Source of the DNA: a virus
Length of the DNA stretch: 64,000 bases
Strand: one strand, 5' to 3'
IMG/VR virus record: IMGVR_UViG_3300032293_001294
Location: 11,710-75,709 of that record
Below the pieces are notes generated by a model. It had not been told where the DNA came from. It ran no database searches and was given only the letters and a program-made list of their open reading frames with translations. The translations under genes were made by a program, and so were the position numbers. Shown here in pieces: positions 9,444 through 16,731 of this stretch; positions within the stretch are counted from its first letter, which is position 1; every line of letters begins with the position of its first letter.

Positions 9444-9904
9444 TACTCAATGATACCATTTTTTCGAAGTGTATCAATAGTACTTTTGTACAAATCACGT
9501 TGTTCTTCTAAATGCAAGTTGTCTGTTTTAAGATCTCGGATTTGTTTACTAGCGTTGTTTAGTACAGCAAACATCATCAGGAATAAGTCACGTGTGATGA
9601 CATGTGCGCGTTCACCTGCGCTATTAATAAATTGATTTCCGTAGTTTGCACGAGTACCTTTTTCTACAATACAGTACCGACGCTTGTTACTGTTGGCGAC
9701 TGAAGTCTCACACTCCATTAGTTGGAATGTCGTCGCATCAAGGGTAACTTTTTCAGAACCAGGCTTAGAAACTACCATCCCTACGATGGCGGTTCCAATT
9801 GGAGTCTTCGCTTGTTCAGGATTAATTGCAGCGTTATCTAAAGTTGCATTACGCTTTTCTTCAGTTACTTGTTTGATCCTTGCGTTAATATCATTAAACG
9901 GCAT
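9443..9904 (-). CDS. Hypothetical protein with C-terminal coiled coil
   Basis: AAGGAG RBS; coupled ORF. Confidence 0.7.
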   Translation of the reverse strand: MPFNDINARIKQVTEEKRNATLDNAAINPEQAKTPIGTAIVGMVVSKPGSEKVTLDATTFQLMECETSVANSNKRRYCIVEKGTRANYGNQFINSAGERAHVITRDLFLMMFAVLNNASKQIRDLKTDNLHLEEQRDLYKSTIDTLRKNGIIE

Positions 9905-9905
9905 A

Positions 9906-10061
9906 TTAGTTTTTCTCCTTGTTCTTTACATCTTCGATTGATTTTTTAATTTCATACTTTTCGTACTTATCTTGTGTGTCATCAACAAGCTCTCTTACAT
10001 AAACTGCTCCAACTACAATGAGCACTAGGAACACACTAAATAAAATTAACGGCCATTGCAT
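9906..10061 (-). CDS. Small single-TM protein, 51 aa (MQWPLILFSVFLVLIVVGAVYV...)
   Basis: Hand-translated; fills the gap exactly, with TAATG coupling. Confidence 0.65.
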   Translation of the reverse strand: MQWPLILFSVFLVLIVVGAVYVRELVDDTQDKYEKYEIKKSIEDVKNKEKN

Positions 10062-10387
10062 TACAATTTCTTCCCGTGTTTATATGGACGCTTGATGTTG
10101 TAGTTATGTTTTTCGATGACAGCTTTTTCCATATCGATACCAAAGTATTCGCAAAGATCTAAGACACGGATGATAACATCAGCAAGTTCTGCAGGGACAC
10201 CTTCAGGCTTACCATCTTCTTGGTAGTAGGCGTAAGTCGGCGCATAACCTTTACGAATTTCTTCTAAAGCTTCTGACAGTTCGCTGTGTACAAGCGCGAT
10301 TAATTCGGGCATCTCTCTACGTTTTTCCCACCAGCCATGTTCTTTCGCATTGTGGTGAATCATTTCTTGTAATTGTTTAAGGTTCAT
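10061..10387 (-). CDS. MazG-like nucleotide pyrophosphohydrolase
   Basis: LVHSELSEALEE...ELADVIIRVLD...K..YN..RPYKHGK, typical of phage MazG-like proteins. Confidence 0.85.
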   Translation of the reverse strand: MNLKQLQEMIHHNAKEHGWWEKRREMPELIALVHSELSEALEEIRKGYAPTYAYYQEDGKPEGVPAELADVIIRVLDLCEYFGIDMEKAVIEKHNYNIKRPYKHGKKL

Positions 10388-10389
10388 AT

Positions 10390-10599
10390 TTAGTCCTCTT
10401 TCTTTTCTACGTAACAGACTTCATAGCCCATTAACGTGTTTTTAGTTTTTACAAACTTGTTGTTAAGCGCAAGTGAGACCATTGGTCTTGACACTGCTAT
10501 GTAAACGGCAACTTCTTCTTGTGTATGGAAGATTTTCCACATATCATCATCTAGCTTACGTACACCGATTAAACCACGACGATGTTGACGCTTACTCAT
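10390..10599 (-). CDS. Small HTH (NUMOD1-like) protein, likely start MSKRQ
   Basis: IFHTQEEVAVYIAVSRPMVSLAL; GGAGG upstream of ATG 10599. Confidence 0.55.
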   Translation of the reverse strand: MSKRQHRRGLIGVRKLDDDMWKIFHTQEEVAVYIAVSRPMVSLALNNKFVKTKNTLMGYEVCYVEKKED

Positions 10600-10786
10600 T
10601 ATCAACCTCCACAAGTTGATGTTCTTCGAATGTCCAACCTTCAGGTACAACAGGTAAGCTAACTAAGTAAATGTTGCCATCCAATACTTGCACAACTTTA
10701 CCGATCATACCCATCCCGATATTTTTATGAATATCTTTAAGGTAGATTCTTTTGACTGCGACTTTAGTATTAACTTTAAATGCCAT
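10592..10786 (-). CDS. Small SH3/KOW-like beta protein, likely start MAFKV
   Basis: FKVNTKV...GMIGKVVQV...YLV...F.E.QL pattern; AAGGAG RBS. Confidence 0.55.
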   Translation of the reverse strand: MAFKVNTKVAVKRIYLKDIHKNIGMGMIGKVVQVLDGNIYLVSLPVVPEGWTFEEHQLVEVDNE

Positions 10787-10787
10787 G

Positions 10788-11099
10788 TTACTTCTCCTTG
10801 TATTTAGCTTGTAGCTCAATATCATTTGGGTAGTCTCGTTGAAGCTCGCTAAGAATAAACAATAGGTTCTCAATTAAGAGTTCACCTAACTTAGTGTGTG
10901 TCATAACCACTAATTCAAAGTCTCCGCGTTTGAGATTGAAACGTACGCTTTCCTGTACGCTTAGTTTTTCAAACGCATTAACTGTCATGGTTACCGCAGT
11001 CGATACTGCAGCACACACTAAGTTTTGGTTAAACGCGTGATCATTAATAACCACACGTGTGTAACCTTGCTTATTCTTTTCGACGACGCTTTTGATCAA
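10788..11099 (-). CDS. prp: Ribosomal-processing cysteine protease Prp (YsxB/DUF464)-like
   Basis: DHA...LVCAAVST His/Cys motif; C-terminal LSELQRDYPNDI; about 100 aa, as for Prp. Confidence 0.85.
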   Translation of the reverse strand: MIKSVVEKNKQGYTRVVINDHAFNQNLVCAAVSTAVTMTVNAFEKLSVQESVRFNLKRGDFELVVMTHTKLGELLIENLLFILSELQRDYPNDIELQAKYKEK

Positions 11100-11259
11100 G
11101 GTCTTTCTCCTTCTTTAATTGTAACTCAACTTCTAGGTACCCAAGTTTATGTTCGAGCTGTTGACGAATCTTTGGGTTTGATTCCATCTTGATGGTGATT
11201 TTTAAAAACCGAATTGCTGCTTCTGGTGTTTCGAATGTTCTGCCTAATACTTTGATCAT
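11071..11259 (-). CDS. Hypothetical protein
   Basis: AAGGAG RBS; ATGA overlap. Confidence 0.65.
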   Translation of the reverse strand: MIKVLGRTFETPEAAIRFLKITIKMESNPKIRQQLEHKLGYLEVELQLKKEKDLDQKRRRKE

Positions 11260-11642
11260 AAGTCTCCTTTTGTTACCGCTGGATACACTCGGATTAAATC
11301 CTTAAGGGTTCCAGGTCGGTTTGCGTAGATACGTTTATGTAACAACTCTTTTGTCAATAGATATGTCGGATTGGTTTCATTGAAGATCACATAGTAGTAG
11401 AACTCTGTACCATGTCGACATATATACTTATCATAATACAAATATTGACCTGCGATTTGGAAGAATTCTTTTATTGGTAATCGGCCATCGGTTTCGAACA
11501 CATTATGTTTGTAGATCTGATAGAGTGTTGTTGCTTTGATTAACACGGCTTTGTCTCGCATCTTGTTTAGCTCTTCGACGTTGTGCTCGATCTTGTGGCA
11601 ATCTGGATTGATGAACTTAATGAAGAAGTCTAAGGTTTTCAT
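11256..11642 (-). CDS. Hypothetical protein
   Basis: Coupled ORF with ATGA overlaps. Confidence 0.7.
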   Translation of the reverse strand: MKTLDFFIKFINPDCHKIEHNVEELNKMRDKAVLIKATTLYQIYKHNVFETDGRLPIKEFFQIAGQYLYYDKYICRHGTEFYYYVIFNETNPTYLLTKELLHKRIYANRPGTLKDLIRVYPAVTKGDL

Positions 11643-11815
11643 AAGTTACCCCCTATGATTTCTTCAAGGTCTTTCGGGGATACAATTTTTTCGCCTTGCT
11701 TTGTCATTATCACAATTTGATTGTCGACTATCTTAATCTTAAGTCCTATCTCTTGATTGATGTAGGTTCCGTCTGGTCCTTTGACGAAACCTAAGTTAAG
11801 TAATTGAACATGCAT
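11639..11815 (-). CDS. Hypothetical 58-aa protein (MHVQLLNLGFVKGPDGTY...)
   Basis: Hand-translated; TAATG overlap upstream and ATGA overlap downstream. Confidence 0.7.
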   Translation of the reverse strand: MHVQLLNLGFVKGPDGTYINQEIGLKIKIVDNQIVIMTKQGEKIVSPKDLEEIIGGNL

Positions 11816-13401
11816 TATAGATTAAACTTACTGATTTCATTATCGAAGAAGATCGTACGCTTAACGCCTTGTACATAATAGGACCCGTTCTTATGTACCA
11901 CTGTGGCTTTCGCGAGATATGCATCGATGAGATTTTGAAATCCATTCGTTCCTTTATTTCGTATCGGCTTACGTCCATTTGCTTTGCAATATTGTTCATA
12001 CATGCGATACAGTTCACTGCGTAGCATTTCATCTTTGTTATTACCTGTAACCTGTAAGCATTCGCTCCAGTACATCCCGATGATATCAGAGTCTGCTCGG
12101 TATTGATTAAACTTTTGTTCGATGCCTGCTGGTTTCGGTACTTGTTTAAGTTTGATCCCTTTGTGCTTGAAGTAATTTAGATATAACCAAGCTTGGATTT
12201 TAGGATACTCTTGTGCCAGCTTATTAAGAAGGTGGGGGTCTTCTTGCGTAATCTTGAAATCAAATGGAACTAAGATGAGACGTTTGAAAATTGGATCTAA
12301 CGCTGACCAGTCACCGAAGTTAACGAGCGAGTTTGCGATCACAACTGGTGTACCACAAACGTTGACTTCATAGTTACGGCTATACGCTGGTCTCACGACA
12401 GTCATAATTTTATTTCCGAACTCATCACGTCCACCTTCAGTTAAGTCTTTAATATTTTGTGTGGATGCGATCATGCGTTCGTCGACTTCGTTAAACAGTA
12501 ATAAGCTTCTACCTTCAGTCGCTGCGAGTGCGTCGTCTTTCTTGAACGAGGATTGTGGTTGTGAGTTTAACAACTCAGAGTTCATACGGATCGCATGTGG
12601 TCCAAGAATATCTTGTAACACTTTTATGACTGTACTCTTACCGTTACGTCCTGACTCACCAAGAAAATAAATCATCACTTGGTTGTAGTTGTAAGGACTC
12701 ATTAAGTATGCTAGCACTTTGTGAAAGTATTCAACTTTGTCTTTATCATTTAGCATGTATTCGCTGATTAGTTTTAACCACAAGGTTGGTTCTTCGTCTG
12801 TCGTGTTGATCGGCACTGGACTGATGTGCATCAAGTGTAAGTCCTGGGTGTCTTTGAAACTAACAGTCTTGAGATTAAAATCTGGTTGGCTCATGTCAAG
12901 TAAGGCTCGCTTTCCATCTACGGTGTTGAAGTATCTGAGTTGCTCCGTCGCATTGATGATGTCTGCGCTCTTATGTATGGTGAATACAATGGCAGTCTTG
13001 ATCCGTGCGGCTAAGTTATTCAGTCTACCTGGAACAAAGAACGACTTTGCGTATCGGTAGAAGATACTGTCTTTCGCTGCTTCAGCTTCTTCGGCTACGA
13101 CACTAAAGAAATCGGTGAGCATATTTCTTAGTTTCGTTTCATCTTGTTCGAAGCTCCATAGTCCACTCGTGTTGTCATAGAATAACATTTGTTCTTTGTC
13201 TTCGACATACTTGAAGTAAGAACCTAACCATTGGAACGTCTCTTGCGGAATCGGGATCGCACTGTCGCTGGTTAGTTCTGCGACAAACGCTTTGATCTCT
13301 GGCTCCGTCACACCTGTTCTGTCTTGGAACTGAAAAACTTCCTTAACATGTTTTCGCAAGTGCGCTTTGTAACTCGTCAAATAGTTATTAAAACCGGCCA
13401 T
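11815..13401 (-). CDS. D5/P4-family superfamily 3 helicase lacking a primase domain
   Basis: Walker A GESGRNGKST, Walker B LLLFNE, motif C IAN, KRL..VPF; C-terminal winged helix LY..Y..YC. Confidence 0.88.
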   Translation of the reverse strand: MAGFNNYLTSYKAHLRKHVKEVFQFQDRTGVTEPEIKAFVAELTSDSAIPIPQETFQWLGSYFKYVEDKEQMLFYDNTSGLWSFEQDETKLRNMLTDFFSVVAEEAEAAKDSIFYRYAKSFFVPGRLNNLAARIKTAIVFTIHKSADIINATEQLRYFNTVDGKRALLDMSQPDFNLKTVSFKDTQDLHLMHISPVPINTTDEEPTLWLKLISEYMLNDKDKVEYFHKVLAYLMSPYNYNQVMIYFLGESGRNGKSTVIKVLQDILGPHAIRMNSELLNSQPQSSFKKDDALAATEGRSLLLFNEVDERMIASTQNIKDLTEGGRDEFGNKIMTVVRPAYSRNYEVNVCGTPVVIANSLVNFGDWSALDPIFKRLILVPFDFKITQEDPHLLNKLAQEYPKIQAWLYLNYFKHKGIKLKQVPKPAGIEQKFNQYRADSDIIGMYWSECLQVTGNNKDEMLRSELYRMYEQYCKANGRKPIRNKGTNGFQNLIDAYLAKATVVHKNGSYYVQGVKRTIFFDNEISKFNL

Positions 13402-13462
13402 GTCTTTCTCTCCTATCTTGGAATTTCTCCGTCACCATCGGAGTTTTTCCTGCTATGATATT

Positions 13463-13491
13463 ATTTTATCATAACGATTTTCATTTGTCAA
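13463..13491 (-). promoter_or_regulatory. Sigma-A promoter TTGACA-N17-TAAAAT (TG-extended) for the SF3 helicase operon
   Basis: Consensus -35, 17-nt spacer; a 10-bp perfect inverted repeat (13491-13527) abuts the -35. Confidence 0.75.
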
Positions 13492-13537
13492 TACACACGC
13501 TGTAAATATTTTGTGTTGCGTGTGTATCTCTAAATAC

Positions 13538-13546
13538 TATTATACC
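13538..13546 (-). promoter_or_regulatory. Extended -10 promoter TGGTATAAT
   Basis: Perfect TGnTATAAT in intergenic DNA. Confidence 0.55.
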
Positions 13547-13736
13547 ACAGGATCGTATTCGTAGAACCAATTATTTAAATAAGCCGCTACGGCTTTCATC
13601 AGCTTCTTGGTCGAGTAACGTCCAACGAATCTGCATTTGCCAAATTGGTCTTGTTCATACAGGATATACATCTGAGTCCACCTCCTACGTAGGAATGGTA
13701 ACACGCGATGAATACCCTATGTTGATGAAAGCGGTT

Positions 13737-14402
13737 TTATTTTTTAATGATGTCGGCTTCGTATAGGAAGTCGTCTGTATCTTCCGTCACCCACGCATGT
13801 TCTTGTTCGCAGCTATATTCTTGCGTGTTGATCTTCCATGGTTTACCTTCGTACTTTTTCGTCACGAAGCTCGGCTCATACCATCTTAAGATCCGGTTGT
13901 TCGGCTGTAGTGCAAACTGTCCTGTCGACAACATGATGAAGTGATGCGACTTATGTTCCTGCGGATCTTCTGACAGTGTCATGTCCATCCCGTTGTTTTC
14001 GTTCGCACCCCACTGGACTGTGTACAAGTAAGTCCCTTCGAGTGTCGTTCGGTTCTTCATCCTGACATCGACACTGGCGTTATACACGTAGTTGAGTGTG
14101 ACTAAGGAGAAGACTTTAGAGAAGCAGTCCCATAGTTGTAGCGCATGGAACGGATACGTATCCCAGACAGACTCATCTTCTGGTATCTTCCAAGCCAGCG
14201 CCGAGATCGGCAACTTGTCTCGCATCATCCCATACTCAGTCAAGACTTGGAACAAAGCAGCAGACCCTTCGTTGCATCGGATCGAGATCAAGATCGCCTT
14301 GGTGTACTTACCGCGGTGGATTGGATTCTCAGGATCGTCAAAGAAGAACCCGTCGCGTACGAACACTTTCATCGGTGGCAGACTAGTTTCAATGTATGGC
14401 AT
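13737..14402 (-). CDS. Conserved phage protein of unknown function
   Basis: LPISAL...LQLWDCFS...EHKSHH...GQFALQPNNRI, a pattern I recognise from other phage hypothetical proteins; AGGAG RBS. Confidence 0.8.
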   Translation of the reverse strand: MPYIETSLPPMKVFVRDGFFFDDPENPIHRGKYTKAILISIRCNEGSAALFQVLTEYGMMRDKLPISALAWKIPEDESVWDTYPFHALQLWDCFSKVFSLVTLNYVYNASVDVRMKNRTTLEGTYLYTVQWGANENNGMDMTLSEDPQEHKSHHFIMLSTGQFALQPNNRILRWYEPSFVTKKYEGKPWKINTQEYSCEQEHAWVTEDTDDFLYEADIIKK

Positions 14403-14493
14403 GTTTAACTCCTACAGGTATTGTAACACAGGCAACACAGAAATACACAAGAACCTGCACTGTTCGTGCACCTGCTTCTGTTAGCCCAAGCGG

Positions 14494-14619
14494 TTATTTC
14501 TGCTTGATCTCACACACGCCGTCTTGGCAACCCTCTTCGGCCAGCTTATCCCAGTAGGTCTTATCGAACTTGATCGTGACTTTAGGTTGACGCTTTTTAG
14601 TCTTTGGTTTCTTAATCAT
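14494..14619 (-). CDS. 41-aa basic peptide ending in GCQDGVCEIKQK
   Basis: Hand-translated; GGAGG RBS at 7-nt spacing and its own extended -10 promoter. Confidence 0.65.
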   Translation of the reverse strand: MIKKPKTKKRQPKVTIKFDKTYWDKLAEEGCQDGVCEIKQK

Positions 14620-14637
14620 AGGTTTACCTCCAGGTTT

Positions 14638-14646
14638 AGTATATCA
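14638..14646 (-). promoter_or_regulatory. Extended -10 promoter (TGATATACT)
   Basis: Same 14-mer as at 9081-9094. Confidence 0.55.
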
Positions 14647-14844
14647 CAGCTGATGTCTTTACAGGATCGGCTGTGTTTGGGACTTCACGTCCTACGAAGT
14701 GCTAGCTTTAAGGAGCCATCTTTAAAAACAAGGCGCTTGGTAGTGTAGGTAGTATATGTGGGCTCCCCCCTTAGAGTATCCTATGGATAGCTATATGATA
14801 TATATATATATAAGGAGATAAGGTACTGGTGGTAAATATTTTAT

Positions 14845-14871
14845 ATATACTACATATACTACATATACTAC
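14845..14871. repeat. Three tandem ATATACTAC 9-mers, plus an inverted copy at 14749-14757; iteron-like
   Basis: Read directly; flanked by (TA)n tracts at about 14798-14812 and 14948-14966. Confidence 0.7.
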
Positions 14872-15388
14872 TTCTTACGTCTGGGACGGTTGGATTCGGT
14901 TTGTGGTTATGCTACATGTGTACTACCAATTGGAGAATGGGTCACTAATATATATTTATATATATACCCCCAAATTCAGAAACATCCATTTAAGAACCAC
15001 CCCCACCCCCCTACCCCCTATGTAGGCACCGAAACAATAGGTACAACGTAAAAACGTCATACCGCAAGGTATCACCTCCTCTGCGCGCCAGAGCATAAAC
15101 AACCCGTAGGGCACAGTAAACTTTCAGTTTACGATCAGTGCATCACAGATGTTGTTGGCTCTATACGCGTTCTCTCTACCTTGATTCATAAGTTTCTTCG
15201 AGTACCTCTATTTGTAAATGCCACATTCTTTAATATTTTCTTCTTAGATCACATGATTATGCTTATCCCACATACAACAGTAACCTCACCGGCCCCCTCG
15301 TCCCCTCGGGACCCGCTACCTCAACGCTTTGAGGCTCACTGCGTTCGCCCACATTGTTAAATCTAGTACAAAAGAAAGGAGATTGTGT

Positions 15389-15718
15389 ATGGAAAAACCA
15401 ACCAATTCTCAAGTAAAGGAATACCTTTACACCGAAATCCCCGGAACAAAACGGGTTGTTGCCGCGTCCGAAGTATTCTACCAAAACGGGTGGGATAGAG
15501 AAGCCGGTGCACCTACCGGACTTTTCGACCGCCAAACTACCTTACTTGGTGAAGTGTTAACCCCCGTGGTTGCCGCTTTTATCAAGGACGCTAATGGTAA
15601 TTTAGTGGCGAACCCAAAAGTGGGACAACCCGTTAATTCTACCACCCCCGACGCTTACTTGGGCGTCCAACTCAAACGCGAGTTGAACCCTAAGTTTGTG
15701 AAAGCAAGCGACCGGTAG
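15389..15718 (+). CDS. First early gene, 109-aa hypothetical (start MEKPTN)
   Basis: AAAGGAG RBS before ATG 15389; followed by a terminator. Confidence 0.8.
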   Translation: MEKPTNSQVKEYLYTEIPGTKRVVAASEVFYQNGWDREAGAPTGLFDRQTTLLGEVLTPVVAAFIKDANGNLVANPKVGQPVNSTTPDAYLGVQLKRELNPKFVKASDR

Positions 15719-15732
15719 TTAGTTTGTGAATT

Positions 15733-15760
15733 GAAAGCACCTAATCAGTGCTTTCTTTTT
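15733..15760 (+). terminator. Intrinsic terminator
   Basis: GAAAGCAC/GTGCTTTC stem followed by TTTTT. Confidence 0.75.
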
Positions 15761-15777
15761 CACTTAAAAACCCAAGA

Positions 15778-16007
15778 CGTAGCATCATACAATCTACGAC
15801 CAGTGTTATAAATTAACACTCAATCAAACATGTGTGGGATGTCCCCACCAATAATCATGGGCGCACCACCCGATACACAACATGTGTATTTTGGTGCATT
15901 AGAGGCAACCAGCGGTAATCAATCCGACTGGTATTCATAAGTCCTCTACCAATGAACTAATAGGGTAACTCCCTTAACAGTTCACCACAATATAGGGTTG
16001 TGACCTA
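15778..16007 (+). ncRNA. Candidate structured RNA/leader with at least 7 consecutive hairpins
   Basis: Adjacent inverted repeats separated by C/A-rich linkers; no credible ORF. Confidence 0.5.
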
Positions 16008-16038
16008 CCACAATGCTTTTCCATAGGAGGGAAAAACA

Positions 16039-16293
16039 ATGCAAACTTATATTATTGTCGTACATGTCGGAGATGACAAACGTTATGTTCAATTAATCGA
16101 AGATCGTGAAGATGGAATTGTTCTAAAATTTACAACGAAAATGAACGCAAGTTTATTTTCTGGAGAACAAATTGAAGAATATGTTCCTATGATTAAATCA
16201 CAACAACATGTATTCTTAAATAGTAATACAATGTATATTAATCATAACTTACGTATCTATGCAGAACCATATGCGGAGGTTACATTACAATGA
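16039..16293 (+). CDS. Hypothetical protein
   Basis: AGGAGG RBS. Confidence 0.75.
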   Translation: MQTYIIVVHVGDDKRYVQLIEDREDGIVLKFTTKMNASLFSGEQIEEYVPMIKSQQHVFLNSNTMYINHNLRIYAEPYAEVTLQ

Positions 16294-16475
16294 CATTTGA
16301 AACATTCGTTATTAAAGCCGAAAGGTCTCCCTTTGTATGGGAGATCTTTGGGCACGCTAATGATCTTATGTTCGATGGAGTTCCAGATAATATTGCCTAC
16401 ACCATGGCATTAGAATATGGTGAAAATTTAGAGTATGAAGCTCTAAAATGGAAAGAAGCAAATGAAACTAAATAA
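16290..16475 (+). CDS. Hypothetical protein
   Basis: GGAGG RBS; ATGA overlap. Confidence 0.7.
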   Translation: MTFETFVIKAERSPFVWEIFGHANDLMFDGVPDNIAYTMALEYGENLEYEALKWKEANETK

Positions 16476-16554
16476 AATAGCCGGCGCTTCTGCCGGTGCA
16501 TTCCGTATCATTGATAAAACTTGGCATCCTAAAAGAAAGAAAGGTAAAAAGTAA
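16462..16554 (+). CDS. 30-aa basic peptide (MKLNKIAGASAGAFRIIDKTWHPKRKKGKK)
   Basis: Hand-translated; bridges neighbouring ORFs with TAATG coupling. Confidence 0.45.
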   Translation: MKLNKIAGASAGAFRIIDKTWHPKRKKGKK

Positions 16555-16730
16555 TGAAAAAAATGCAAACCAAGTATGCACAACGTCGTGAACCAGACTA
16601 TGTGTTATACGAAATACTATCTATTCTAATCGAAACTCGTACTAAATTAAGAAACAAAGACGTAAAACGATTTGAAGATCAACTTCAAACAATCATTGAT
16701 GGTCTTTATGCAGAATTGAAGGGCATGTAA
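16554..16730 (+). CDS. Hypothetical 58-aa protein
   Basis: Hand-translated; AAAGGT RBS; ends 1 nt before dprA. Confidence 0.6.
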   Translation: MKKMQTKYAQRREPDYVLYEILSILIETRTKLRNKDVKRFEDQLQTIIDGLYAELKGM

Positions 16731-16731
16731 T

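Noticed and set aside
14092-14748. Plus-strand ORFs of 130, 87 and 74 aa
   Set aside because: Antisense to better-supported minus-strand genes that have an RBS, promoter or recognisable family motif
14845-14871. CRISPR mini-array
   Set aside because: 9-nt tandem repeats with no spacers; no repeat-spacer pattern seen anywhere in the window
15260-16090. GATC avoidance in putative first-injected DNA
   Set aside because: GATC sites occur just outside (about 15133, 15247, 16102) and the gap is too short to be significant by eye
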